Assembly (NCBI GenBank): GCA_963704505.1
Contig: OY969912.1
Coordinates: forward strand, 2,294,927 to 2,358,926
From: an uncultured Solirubrobacterales bacterium
Lineage (GTDB): Bacteria > Actinomycetota > Thermoleophilia > Solirubrobacterales > 70-9
Length of the DNA: 64,000 bases
Reading direction: 5' to 3'
Below the pieces are notes generated by a model. That model was not told the origin of the DNA. It did no database searches and saw only the letters and a program-made list of their open reading frames with translations. Position 1 is the stretch's first letter; each line of letters opens with the position of its first letter. Of this stretch, positions 8,892-20,247 are shown piece by piece. Position numbers and translations under genes: made by a program.

Positions 8892-10553
8892 TTAAACCTC
8901 GACCACCACCGGCAGCACCATCGGCCGCCTCTTCAGCTTCTCGTAGACGAACTTCGCGACCGCGTCGTGAAGGTCTTCCTGAATCAGGTTCAGCTCGCGG
9001 GTCTTCGCCTTGGCGGCGGCCTCCAGAGCGTCCTCGGCGACGTCCTGAAGGTCTTCGACCAGGTCGCCGGCCTCCTCGAGGAAGGCGACTCCGCGGAAGA
9101 TGACCTCCGGGTCGGCGACAACGGCGCCGTCGTCGGAAGAGATCGTCGCGACGACGATGAAGATGCCGTCGGCGGAGATCGCCCGCCGGTCGCGCAGTGC
9201 GACGTCGTCGGGCTCGCCGACGTTGACCCCGTCGACGAAGATCGTTCCGGCGTGGATGTCCTCGCCGAACCTGGCGCCCTTCTCGTCGAGCTCCAGCGCG
9301 AGGCCGTTGCGACCCTGGAAGACGTTCTTCGCCTCGATCCCGACCGACTGGGCAAGTTCCGAGTGCAGTCGCAGGCGCTTGTAATCGCCGTGGATCGGCA
9401 GCACGTACTTGGGCTTGGTCAGGTTGATCATCAGCTTCAGCTCCTCCTGATAGCCATGACCCGAGGCGTGGATCGGCGCGTCTTTGGCGGTCACGACGGT
9501 GGCGCCGATCTCATAGATGCGATCGATCGTTTCGTTGACGGCGCGCTCGTTGCCGGGCACCGGGCTGGCCGAGAAGACGACCGTGTCGCCGGAGTGCAGC
9601 TCGACGTCGCGGTGGTCGTTGTTGGCCATCCGGCGCAGGGCAGAGAGCGGCTCGCCCTGGCTGCCGGTCGAGATCACCACGACCTTCTCGTCGGGGAAGT
9701 TCTCGATCTCCCGAGGCTGGATGAAGAGTCCCTGCGGCGCGTTGGCGATGCCGAGGTTGGAGGCGATGTTGAAGTTCTTGCGCATCGAGCGGCCGACCAG
9801 GGCCACCCGCCGGTCGAGCTTCACGGCAGCGTCGATCACCTGCTGGACGCGATGGATGTTGGAGGCGAAGGAGGTGACGATGATCCGGCCCTTGCAGTCG
9901 GAGAAGGTCTCCAGCAGCGCCGGCCCGACGCTCGACTCCGACGGGGAGATCCCGGGCCGGTCGGCGTTGGTCGAGTCGCCGCAGAGAAGCAACAGGCCGT
10001 CGCGGCCGATCTCGGCCAGCCTCGAGATGTCGGCCGGACGCCCGTCGACGGGCGTCTGGTCGAACTTGTAATCGCCGGTCATCAGCATCGAGCCGAGCTC
10101 GGTCTTGAGCAGGACCCCGCGCATGTCCGGGATCGAATGCGAGAGGTGGACGAGCTCGAGCTGGAACGGGCCGACTCGAACCGACTCGCCGGCCGGCAGC
10201 TCCTGCAGCGGCGCGTCGCTGAGCTTGTGCTCGTCGAGCTTCGAGCGGACCATGCCGATCGTCAGCAGGCCGCCGTAGATGACCGGCGGCTCGCCGATCT
10301 CCCGGAGCACGTATGGCAGGGCGCCGACGTGATCCTCGTGGCCGTGGGTGAGCACGATCGCCTCGATGTCGTCGGCACGCTCACGCAGGTAGGAGAAGTC
10401 CGGCAGGACGAGGTCGATGCCGAGCATCTCCGGAGTCGGGAAAGCGAGGCCCGTGTCGATGACGACGATGCGGCCGTCGTATTCGACCACGGTCATGTTC
10501 TTGCCGATCTCCCCCAGCCCGCCGAGCGGGATGACGCGAAGTTTCTTGGCCAT
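8892..10553 (-). CDS. rnj: Ribonuclease J
   Basis: Beta-lactamase/beta-CASP RNase with the motif HGHEDHVGA. The N-terminus (LRVIPLGGLGEIGKNMTVVEY) and a size of about 553 aa are typical of RNase J. Confidence 0.93.
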   Translation of the reverse strand: MAKKLRVIPLGGLGEIGKNMTVVEYDGRIVVIDTGLAFPTPEMLGIDLVLPDFSYLRERADDIEAIVLTHGHEDHVGALPYVLREIGEPPVIYGGLLTIGMVRSKLDEHKLSDAPLQELPAGESVRVGPFQLELVHLSHSIPDMRGVLLKTELGSMLMTGDYKFDQTPVDGRPADISRLAEIGRDGLLLLCGDSTNADRPGISPSESSVGPALLETFSDCKGRIIVTSFASNIHRVQQVIDAAVKLDRRVALVGRSMRKNFNIASNLGIANAPQGLFIQPREIENFPDEKVVVISTGSQGEPLSALRRMANNDHRDVELHSGDTVVFSASPVPGNERAVNETIDRIYEIGATVVTAKDAPIHASGHGYQEELKLMINLTKPKYVLPIHGDYKRLRLHSELAQSVGIEAKNVFQGRNGLALELDEKGARFGEDIHAGTIFVDGVNVGEPDDVALRDRRAISADGIFIVVATISSDDGAVVADPEVIFRGVAFLEEAGDLVEDLQDVAEDALEAAAKAKTRELNLIQEDLHDAVAKFVYEKLKRRPMVLPVVVEV

Positions 10554-10558
10554 CAGCC

Positions 10559-11440
10559 CTATCCCGCCGTCACCGCGACGCCGACGGTCTCGAGGGCCGC
10601 CTTGATCGCTTCTCGCTGAGGCTCGCTGACTTCGACCATCGGCAGCCGCAGGACTCCGCAGGGGATCGCCCCGGTCAGCTCGAGGGCCGCCTTCAGGGGC
10701 ATCGGGTTGGTCGTCACCCCGAGCACGTCGTAAAGGGGAGTGAGGCCGGCGTCGATCTCGCGGGCGCGATCGAGGTCTCCGGCCTGGGCCGCGTCCCAGA
10801 TCTCGCGCATCTGCGGGCCGACGAGATGCGAGGCGACCTGGATCCCCCCGGCGAGGCCGAGTTCGAGGGTCCTGAGGAAGATGTCGTCATTGCCGGCGAG
10901 GACCGTCAGACCGTCGATCGGCCCGAGCTCGTCGTTGTTCGCCTGCTTGACCGCGACCACCGAATCGATCTGCGCCAGCTCGGCTAGTTCATCGGGTGAG
11001 ACGTTGACGATCACCCGCGAAGGGATGTTGTAGGCGATCAGCGGCAAGTCGGGAACGGCTTCGGCGATCGCTTCGAAATGGGCGACGATCCCGGCCCGGT
11101 TCGGCTTGTTGTAGTACGGGGTGACGATCAGCGCAGCTTCGGCGCCGGCCTCCGCCGCGGCCCGCGTCGCCTCGATCGAGTGGCGGGTGTCGTTTGTCCC
11201 GGTCCCGCAGACGACCAGCGCCTCGCCGCCGCCGATCTCCTCGACAACCGCTCGCAGCAGGCCTATGTGCTCCTCGTCATCGAGAGTCGCGGCCTCGCCG
11301 GTGGAGCCGGCGACGACGACGCCATGGGACCCGTTCTCGATCAGGGAGGAGGCGAGCGCGCGCGCTGCGCCCTCGTCGACCCTGCCCTCCTCATCGAAGG
11401 GAGTGGCCATCGCCGTCAGTAGTCCACCGATCTCGGTCAT
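10559..11440 (-). CDS. dapA: 4-hydroxy-tetrahydrodipicolinate synthase
   Basis: DapA signature TAMATPFDEEG...GSTGEAATL...TPYYNKP. The true ATG is at 11438-11440 (MTEIGGLL); the 76-aa ORF-track extension is Arg/Ser-rich junk. Confidence 0.93.
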   Translation of the reverse strand: MTEIGGLLTAMATPFDEEGRVDEGAARALASSLIENGSHGVVVAGSTGEAATLDDEEHIGLLRAVVEEIGGGEALVVCGTGTNDTRHSIEATRAAAEAGAEAALIVTPYYNKPNRAGIVAHFEAIAEAVPDLPLIAYNIPSRVIVNVSPDELAELAQIDSVVAVKQANNDELGPIDGLTVLAGNDDIFLRTLELGLAGGIQVASHLVGPQMREIWDAAQAGDLDRAREIDAGLTPLYDVLGVTTNPMPLKAALELTGAIPCGVLRLPMVEVSEPQREAIKAALETVGVAVTAG

Positions 11441-11459
11441 CGCGTCAGCGTACCTTCCC

Positions 11460-12131
11460 CTAGAGGAGGTTCTCCAGCCCGACCGTGAAGCGCTGTGGAA
11501 GGGAGCCGACCTCACGCACCGCGAGCAGCACCCCAGGCATGAACGAACGGCGGTCGATCGAGTCGTGGCGGACGCTGAGCGTCTGCCCCTCGCCGCCGAA
11601 GATGACCTCCTGGTGTGCGACCAGGCCGGGCAGCCGAACCGAGTGGATCGGCTCGTGGACGTCGCCACCGGCGGCGCGGATCAACTCCGCGGTCCGCTTG
11701 GCCGTGCCCGAGGGAGCGTCGAGCTTCTTATCGTGGTGAAGCTCGACGATCTCGCAATCGGGCATGTGGCGGGCGATCGTCTGCGAGACCTCCATCAGCA
11801 GGACCGCGCCGATCGCGAAGTTGGCCGCGACGAAGCACTTGGCCTTGCCCGACGAAGCCTCGGCGGCCTCGCGCAGGGAGTCGACCTCGAAGCCGGTGGT
11901 GCCGACAACGGCGTGCACGCCCGCCTCGAGACAGGCGCGGACGTTGGCGACCGCCGTGTCCGGGGTGGTGAAATCGACGACGACGTCGGCGTCGCCGAGG
12001 GTCTCGGCCAGCTCGACGCCGAGCGCCGGATCCGCCCGCGCGACCAGCTCCAGGTCATCGGCACCGTCGACCGCCTCGCAGACGGCCTCTCCCATGCGCC
12101 CGGCGGCGCCAGACGCGACGACTCGGATCAT
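11460..12131 (-). CDS. dapB: 4-hydroxy-tetrahydrodipicolinate reductase
   Basis: Carries GAAGRMG, VDFTTP and ELHHDKKLDAPSGTA motifs. ATGA overlap with the upstream peptidase gene. Confidence 0.92.
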   Translation of the reverse strand: MIRVVASGAAGRMGEAVCEAVDGADDLELVARADPALGVELAETLGDADVVVDFTTPDTAVANVRACLEAGVHAVVGTTGFEVDSLREAAEASSGKAKCFVAANFAIGAVLLMEVSQTIARHMPDCEIVELHHDKKLDAPSGTAKRTAELIRAAGGDVHEPIHSVRLPGLVAHQEVIFGGEGQTLSVRHDSIDRRSFMPGVLLAVREVGSLPQRFTVGLENLL

Positions 12132-13391
12132 GCAGCCGCGAGGCTCTCGCTGACCGGTGCCAGGGCCTGGCGGAAGCGGTCCTCGGAGCGGCCGACGCAG
12201 GCCGCGGAGAGGCTCTCCTCGCCGTAGAGGGCGGCGGCGAGCGCGGAGAGGTCCTCGACGCCGACGGCATCGACTTTGGAGAGCATTTCGTCGAGGCTGT
12301 CGACGGGCTGGTCGAAGAGCGTTGCCCGCGAGATGCGGGTCATCCGCGCGGCCGTCGACTCGGCGGAGAGGACGAGGCGGCCCTTGACGCTCTCCTTCGC
12401 GCGGTCGAGCTCCTCGGCGGAGACGGGCTCTGAGCGCAGGCGCTCGAGCTCGGCGCCGATGATCGAGCAGGCCTCCTCGACGTTGTCCTCGCGGGTGCCG
12501 ACGTAGGTGGCGACCAGCCCGGAGTCCGTGTACTGCTCGGTGTAGGAGCCGACCGCGTAGGCGAGGCCGCGCTTCTCACGGACCTCGCTGAAGAGCCTTG
12601 ACGAGGTCGAGCCGCCGAAGATCGCGTCGAGGACGGCCAGTGCGTAGCGGCGCTCGTCGTCGCGGACGATGCCCGGAGCGCCGAAGCAGATGTGGTACTG
12701 CTCGGTGTCCTTCTCCTGGAAGCAGAGGCGGGCCGAGTCGTCGGCGGGCGAAGCGACAGCCCCGTTGCCGCCCGAGGCGGGGTTCACAAGGCGTTCGGCG
12801 AGCTCGACGATCCGCCCGTGCTCGAGATGCCCGGCGGCGCCGACGACGACGTTGGCGCCGCTGTAGCGGGCCTGGTGGTAGGCCTCGATGTCGGGAATCG
12901 GGATCGAGGCGATCACGTCCGCCTCGCCGAGCACGCGCCTGCCCAGCGGATGGCCGCCGAAGACGGCCTCGGCCAGATAGTCATGTACACGGTCCTGCGG
13001 CTCGTCCTCGTACATCGCGATCTCCTCGAGCACGACCTCGCGCTCGGAGTCGATTTCGGGATACGTCGGCGCCAGCAGCATTTCGGAGAGCAGCTCGAAG
13101 ACCTCGTCGGTGTGCTCGTCGAGGAAGCGCGCGTGCAGGTGCGTCGTCTCCTTGCCGGTCGCCGCGTTGACCGAGGCGCCGAGCCCGTCGAACCGCTCGG
13201 AGATCTCGATCGCCGAGTAACGGCTGGTGCCCTTGAACAGCAGGTGCTCGAGAAAGTGGGAGACCCCGGCCTGCGCCGGGGTCTCGTCACGGGATCCCGT
13301 CCTGACCCAGAGGCCGAGCGCGACGGAGCGCACCGAAGGAACCTCTTCGGTTACGACCCGTGCGCCCGAGCCGAGCTCGGTTAGCTGATGC

Positions 13392-13399
<8 letters not shown>
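12128..13399 (-). CDS. M16 (pitrilysin/insulinase) family zinc peptidase
   Basis: Inverted zinc motif HFLEHLLFKGT. The start is uncertain. GTG at 13397-13399 gives an 8-nt overlap with the pnp stop, whereas the ORF-track start at 13468 would overlap 77 nt of pnp. Confidence 0.85.
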
Positions 13400-15638
<2,239 letters not shown>

Positions 15639-15681
15639 TTAGTTTTTACCTCCGGCCGCCCGGTTGGCGACCCTTTTCGAT

Positions 15682-16149
15682 TCAGAACTCTCGTTCTCTG
15701 TCGAGTGGAGAGTAGAAGATCGCCGGTGTCGCCGTCACTCCGGCCCGGATTCCCGACTCGAAATCTCCCCGCACGCGTCGCTCGACCTCGGCCGAGCGAC
15801 GATCCGCCTCGAAGCGCTCGAGATCGAGGCCCAGCTCCTCCCCGCGCCGCCACAGGTGAGGGTCGTCGACATGGCCGCGGTCGGCGTAGAGCGAGTCGAC
15901 CATCTCGAAAAAGCGGCCCTGCATCCCGGCCGCCTCGGCCGCGGCGTGCAGAGCGGGCGAGCGCGGGTGCTTGCTGGCAAGAGGGAAGTGGCGGAAGGCG
16001 AGCCGCGCGGGGCGCGCGGCGATCTCGACCCAGGCGGCGGCGCACTGGGCGCAGCCGAGATCGCCGTAGATGATCAGGTCGGTGCCCTCGCCGCGCAGGT
16101 GGTCCCCTGCCCCGAGCGGGGGCACGGACGCACTCGTCAGCTCGGTCAA
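15682..16149 (-). CDS. DsbA-family thioredoxin-fold oxidoreductase (CxxC)
   Basis: CAQC active-site motif in the context YGDLGCAQCAAAW, with a C-terminal GVTATPAIF loop. Start is TTG at 16147-16149 or GTG at 16123-16125. Confidence 0.7.
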   Translation of the reverse strand: MTELTSASVPPLGAGDHLRGEGTDLIIYGDLGCAQCAAAWVEIAARPARLAFRHFPLASKHPRSPALHAAAEAAGMQGRFFEMVDSLYADRGHVDDPHLWRRGEELGLDLERFEADRRSAEVERRVRGDFESGIRAGVTATPAIFYSPLDREREF

Positions 16150-16150
16150 A

Positions 16151-16600
16151 CTAGGCGAGGGCGTCGAAGATGACGTTGGCTCCGGGGGCCTCCCCGGGGC
16201 TGGGCGATTCGTAGGTCCACTCGACCTTGCCGTCCTCGTCGATCAGGACCAGCGTGCGGTTGGCGATTCCGGGGCCGTCGAGGTAGGAGCCGTATGCCCT
16301 GGCGACCTCGCCCTTGGGCTCGAAGTCGGAGAGCAGCGTGATGTCGGTCCCCAGCTTCTCGCGGAACGCCTTGTTGGCGTGGGGCGAATCGACGCTGACG
16401 CCGACCAGATCGACGCCTTTGGCCTCGATCTCGCCTTTGACCTCCTGGTAAACCGAGAACTGGTTCGAGCAGACCCCGCTGAAGGCGGCCGGATAGAAGA
16501 CGAGCATCACCTTCCTGCCGCGGAAGTCGGACAGGGAGACGTCCTCTTTGTCCTGATTGCTCAGGGTGAAGTCCGGCGCTGCCTCGCCGGTGGAGATCAT
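16151..16600 (-). CDS. Peroxiredoxin (AhpC/TSA, AhpE/Bcp-like)
   Basis: [37 protein letters not shown] matches a peroxiredoxin N-terminus with a peroxidatic Cys. Its ATG overlaps the rpsO stop (ATGA). Confidence 0.85.
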   Translation of the reverse strand: MISTGEAAPDFTLSNQDKEDVSLSDFRGRKVMLVFYPAAFSGVCSNQFSVYQEVKGEIEAKGVDLVGVSVDSPHANKAFREKLGTDITLLSDFEPKGEVARAYGSYLDGPGIANRTLVLIDEDGKVEWTYESPSPGEAPGANVIFDALA

Positions 16601-16866
16601 TTGCGCAGGCCGAGCTCGGCGACCAGGGCGCGGTAGCGCTCCAGGTCACGGCGCTCCAGGTAGCGGAGCATGCGGCGGCGCTTGCCGACGAGCATCAACA
16701 GGCCGCGGCGCGAATGATGGTCTTTCGCGTGCGTGCGCAGGTGCTCGGTGAGCTCGTTGATCCGCTCGGTCGCAAGTGCGATCTGCACCTCGGCGGAACC
16801 GGTGTCGCCATCGGCCCGGCCGTGTTTGCCGATCAGCTCGCTCTTTTTTTCTTTGGTCAGTCCCAT
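16597..16866 (-). CDS. rpsO: 30S ribosomal protein S15
   Basis: The 89-aa sequence [70 protein letters not shown] is canonical S15. The 241-aa ORF-track version is an artefactual extension. Confidence 0.96.
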   Translation of the reverse strand: MGLTKEKKSELIGKHGRADGDTGSAEVQIALATERINELTEHLRTHAKDHHSRRGLLMLVGKRRRMLRYLERRDLERYRALVAELGLRK

Positions 16867-16870
16867 TGCG

Positions 16871-16899
16871 AAAAAACGCCGCGCACATAAGTGCGGCGG
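16871..16899 (-). promoter_or_regulatory. Hairpin plus U6 tract abutting the rpsO start codon; attenuator or S15 autoregulatory leader candidate
   Basis: The minus strand reads CCGCCGCAC-UUAU-GUGCGCGGCG followed by UUUUUU, then CGCA-AUG. The stem is 5+3 bp with one bulge. No Shine-Dalgarno lies between it and the ATG. Confidence 0.4.
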
Positions 16900-16987
16900 C
16901 CGATGGAAGCTAGCACAGACGCAGGGCTGAAACGCCGCGGAATCGCCGCGGAATGCATGCGTCGACAGGCGCAGGTTGAGTGGCGGC

Positions 16988-17350
16988 ATGTGCCGCGCAA
17001 CCGCCCTGATCGCGATCGTCGCCGTCTGCCTGGCCCTGCCGGTGGCCGCCGGTGCCGCCGGGCCTCCGGCCCAGTCAGGGGCGGTGCGCGCGGTGAAGGA
17101 AGAAATCGGCAACCGCTGGCTGTTGCTGGAGACCGTTCCGCACAGCATCCGCAGCCGCGGGGCGAGCGCCACGGTCGACTGCGATGAGGTCACGCGAGAG
17201 AGATTCCTCTGCTCCTGGAGCGCCAGCAACGAAATCCACGGCCAGGCCGCCGAAGGCTTCGCGCTGGTCAGGCCGCGCCCGCAGGCCGACCCCGCGGCAA
17301 GGCTGTTCGCCGAGGTCTGCACCGCTCGCGGCGTCCTGCCCTGCGTCTGA
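16988..17350 (+). CDS. Hypothetical small secreted Cys-containing protein
   Basis: Signal-peptide-like N-terminus [25 protein letters not shown]. This frame has strong G/C third-position bias. I recognise no family. Confidence 0.5.
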   Translation: MCRATALIAIVAVCLALPVAAGAAGPPAQSGAVRAVKEEIGNRWLLLETVPHSIRSRGASATVDCDEVTRERFLCSWSASNEIHGQAAEGFALVRPRPQADPAARLFAEVCTARGVLPCV

Positions 17351-17355
17351 GCCGA

Positions 17356-18243
17356 TCAGCGGGTGAAGCCGTCGCAGACGCGCTGCGCGTCCTCGACGTC
17401 GACCTTCATCTGGGAGATCAGATCCTCGACCCCGGCGAAGCGCTTCTCGCCGCGCAGCCGCTCGACGAAGGCGACCCTGAGCTCGGTGCCGTAGAGGTCC
17501 TGGTCGTAGTCGATGAGAAAGGTCTCGATCAACACCCCGCGCCCGGTCTCGAAGGTCGGGCGGACGCCGACGTTGACGGCCGCCGGGACCCCGTTGGCGA
17601 AGGCGGCGTAGACGCCGTGCCCGGGGATCACCAGGCTGTCGTCGGGAACGATGTTGGCGGTCGGGAAGCCGAGCTCGCGGCCGCGCTGGTCGCCGGGGAC
17701 GACCGTTCCCTCGACCATGTAGGGCGCGCCGAGGCAATGGCGTGCGCCCTCCATGTCGCCGGCCGCGACCAGCGCCCGGATCCGGGTGGAGGAGACGGTC
17801 TCGCCGTCGACCTCGACCAGCGGCACCACCGTGGTCTCGAACTCCGGATGGGCGCCGAGCATCTCCGGGCCGCCCTTGGCCTTGGCGCCGAAGCGGAAGT
17901 TCTCCCCGACCGAGACACGCTCGGCCCGCAGCTTCTCGACCAGGACCCGCTCGATGAACTCCTCCGCGGTGAGCCGGGCGAACTCCTCGTCGAAGGGGAC
18001 GACGACCAGCTCGCGGACGCCCAGCCCCTCGATCACGTCGCGCTTGACGCTGAAGGGCATGATCAGCTTCGGCAGTGCTTCCGGGTGGATCACCGAGAGC
18101 GGGTGGGGATCGAAGGTGAGGACGGTGTCGGCCCCTTTGATCACGGCCTGGTGACCGCGGTGGACGCCGTCGAAGGTGCCGATCGCGACGTGGCGCGGGC
18201 GCGGCTCTACATCGGGTAGCGAGGTGACCTCGATGTTGGGCAT
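17356..18243 (-). CDS. ribF: Bifunctional riboflavin kinase / FMN adenylyltransferase
   Basis: N-terminus VAIGTFDGVHRGHQ and a C-terminal riboflavin kinase domain (GFPTANI...PTFE). Confidence 0.93.
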   Translation of the reverse strand: MPNIEVTSLPDVEPRPRHVAIGTFDGVHRGHQAVIKGADTVLTFDPHPLSVIHPEALPKLIMPFSVKRDVIEGLGVRELVVVPFDEEFARLTAEEFIERVLVEKLRAERVSVGENFRFGAKAKGGPEMLGAHPEFETTVVPLVEVDGETVSSTRIRALVAAGDMEGARHCLGAPYMVEGTVVPGDQRGRELGFPTANIVPDDSLVIPGHGVYAAFANGVPAAVNVGVRPTFETGRGVLIETFLIDYDQDLYGTELRVAFVERLRGEKRFAGVEDLISQMKVDVEDAQRVCDGFTR

Positions 18244-18893
18244 CAGCGCATCGCCTCGGCGGCGGCCGGGACCAGCTCGCCGACCCGTGCGAGGTCGACC
18301 TCGGTGCCTGCGTCCTCGACGCTGAAGGGGCCGATCGCGGTGCGCCTCAGCTGCTCGCAGTAGGCGTCATCGAGCGTCTCGAGGAGGGTGCGGATGTAGG
18401 TGCCCGCCGAGCATTCGACCTCGTAGGAGGCGTGCTCGGCCTTGTTGTCGAGCAGCTCCGCCCGATAGACCTCGACGTCACGCTCCGGCGTCTCCACCAC
18501 CTCGCCGCGGTGGGCCTTCTTGTAGAGCCGCTCACCCCCGACCCTGACCGCGGAGGTCATCGGCAGGCGCTGGCGGACCGTCCCGGTCGGAAGCTCGAGG
18601 CTCCGCGGCATCCGGCCGGTCTCGGTCAGCTCGCCGTCGGGGTCGCCGGTGCTCGAGCGCCAGCCCAGGCGAGCGGTCGCGCGGTAGGTCTTCGGCAGCC
18701 CGACCAAAAACCTCTGGAGCTTGGTCGCGCGGCCGAGCAGGACGAGAAGGAGGCCGGTCGCGAACGGGTCGAGGGTGCCGGCGTGCCCGGCTTTGCAACC
18801 CCGCTCGCGTCGCACTCTGGCAACCATGTCGTGCGAGGTTATCCCGGCGGGCTTGTCGCAGATGAGCAGGGCGCCCTCGCCACCGCCGGGCAC
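18243..18893 (-). CDS. truB: tRNA pseudouridine(55) synthase TruB, short form
   Basis: Motifs DKPAGITSHD and GHAGTLDPFATGLL (catalytic Asp). Only 216 aa, and the stop shares a nucleotide with the ribF ATG (TGATG), so there is no room for a PUA domain. Confidence 0.88.
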   Translation of the reverse strand: MPGGGEGALLICDKPAGITSHDMVARVRRERGCKAGHAGTLDPFATGLLLVLLGRATKLQRFLVGLPKTYRATARLGWRSSTGDPDGELTETGRMPRSLELPTGTVRQRLPMTSAVRVGGERLYKKAHRGEVVETPERDVEVYRAELLDNKAEHASYEVECSAGTYIRTLLETLDDAYCEQLRRTAIGPFSVEDAGTEVDLARVGELVPAAAEAMR

Positions 18894-18896
18894 GGC

Positions 18897-19895
18897 TCAG
18901 GAACCGAGCTGGGCCCGGACCTCGGCGCAGATGAAGTCGACCAGCTCGTCGAGCTCGAGGTCGGTCGAGAAGCCGGCGGCGCGCTTGTGCCCCCCGCCCC
19001 CGTTGCCGCGGGCGATGGCAGAGACGTCGACCTCGCCCTCGCTCGAGCGCAGGCTGACCTTGCGGGCCGCGCGCCCACGGGAGCCCTGGTCCCGGATCAG
19101 GGCGGCGACCTTGGCGCCGTCGATCGAGCGCAGGTGGTCGATGATCCCCTCGGTCATCTCCTCGCCGGCGCCGCTCGCCTCGTAATCCGCCGCGGTCACG
19201 TAGGTGACGACAAGGCGGCCGTCGCACTCGATCTGGATTTTGTCCAGAGCCCGCGAGATCAGCTTCAACTTCTCGATCGGCACATGCTCGTAGAGGCGCC
19301 TGTAGGTGTCGTCGACGTCGACCCCCGCTTCGATCAGGTCGGCGGCGATCCGGTGGGTGCCGGCGTCGGTGTTCTCGTACATGAACTTGCCGGTGTCTGT
19401 GACCAGGCCCACGTAGAGAGCGGAGGCGATGTCGGGGGTGATCGTCCCGCCGAGCACGGTCGCCAGCTGGTAGACGATCTCCGCGGTGCTCGATGCCGTC
19501 GTGTCGACCAGGTTGGCGTCGCCGAAGCGCGTGTTGTCGTGGTGGTGGTCGATGTTGATGCGGAAGTTGTCGCCTGAGGTGAGGAAGTCGACCGGCATGC
19601 GGTCGACGTTGCCGCAATCGAGGAAGACGATCGTGCGGTCGGCCATGTCGGCGGGGGCCTCGTGGAAGACCTCCTCGAGCGGCAGGAAGCGGTACTCGAT
19701 CGGTAGCGGGAACTCCTTGGCCGCCATGAACATCACCGAGTCCTTGCCGAGCTGGGTCAACAGGTGGTGCATGCCGAGCAGCGAGCCCAGCGCGTCGCCG
19801 TCGGGGCCCTCGTGGGCGGTCAGAAGAAAGCGGTCGCGGTCGCGGAGCTCGGCGGCGACGCGCTCGAGCTCGGTCGCCGTGGCGCCGGCGCTCAC
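18897..19895 (-). CDS. nrnA: DHH/DHHA1 phosphoesterase (NrnA-like oligoribonuclease / pAp phosphatase)
   Basis: Motifs HEGPDGDALGS, NIDHHHDN and GGGGHKRAAG. GTGA overlap with rbfA. Confidence 0.85.
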   Translation of the reverse strand: MSAGATATELERVAAELRDRDRFLLTAHEGPDGDALGSLLGMHHLLTQLGKDSVMFMAAKEFPLPIEYRFLPLEEVFHEAPADMADRTIVFLDCGNVDRMPVDFLTSGDNFRINIDHHHDNTRFGDANLVDTTASSTAEIVYQLATVLGGTITPDIASALYVGLVTDTGKFMYENTDAGTHRIAADLIEAGVDVDDTYRRLYEHVPIEKLKLISRALDKIQIECDGRLVVTYVTAADYEASGAGEEMTEGIIDHLRSIDGAKVAALIRDQGSRGRAARKVSLRSSEGEVDVSAIARGNGGGGHKRAAGFSTDLELDELVDFICAEVRAQLGS

Positions 19896-20242
19896 TCGGC
19901 CGCCTCCCCTTCCTCGTCGAGCAGCTGACTGATCCTCACGCCGGTCTCGACGGTCGGGTCGTAATGGAAGGTCAGCGTCGGCGTCCGCTTCATTCGCGTC
20001 TCGGCCGCGATCCGCTGCTGGATCATGCCGTGCGACGAGCGCAAGCCGACCAGGGTCTCCCCGCGCTGCTCCTCGTCGCCGAGCACGCTGACGTACACCT
20101 TGGCGGCGCGTAGGTCAGGGCTTGTCTCAACCGAAGTCACAGTGACGAAACCGATTCTGGGGTCGCTCAACTCGGTGCTGATCGTCGCGCCGATCACCTC
20201 ACGGAGCACCTCGTTGATGCGGCGCATGCGAGGGGCGGCCAT
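19892..20242 (-). CDS. rbfA: Ribosome-binding factor A
   Basis: RRINEVLREVIGATISTELSDPRIGFVTVTSVETSPDLRAAKVYVSV is canonical RbfA. The start is taken at ATG 20240-20242, 5 nt after the infB stop. Confidence 0.9.
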   Translation of the reverse strand: MAAPRMRRINEVLREVIGATISTELSDPRIGFVTVTSVETSPDLRAAKVYVSVLGDEEQRGETLVGLRSSHGMIQQRIAAETRMKRTPTLTFHYDPTVETGVRISQLLDEEGEAAE

Positions 20243-20247
20243 CCTAC

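Noticed and set aside
16867-17322. N-terminal extension of rpsO to 241 aa
   Set aside because: S15 is an 89-aa protein. The extension has no protein-like features and overlaps, in antisense, a better + strand signal-peptide ORF.
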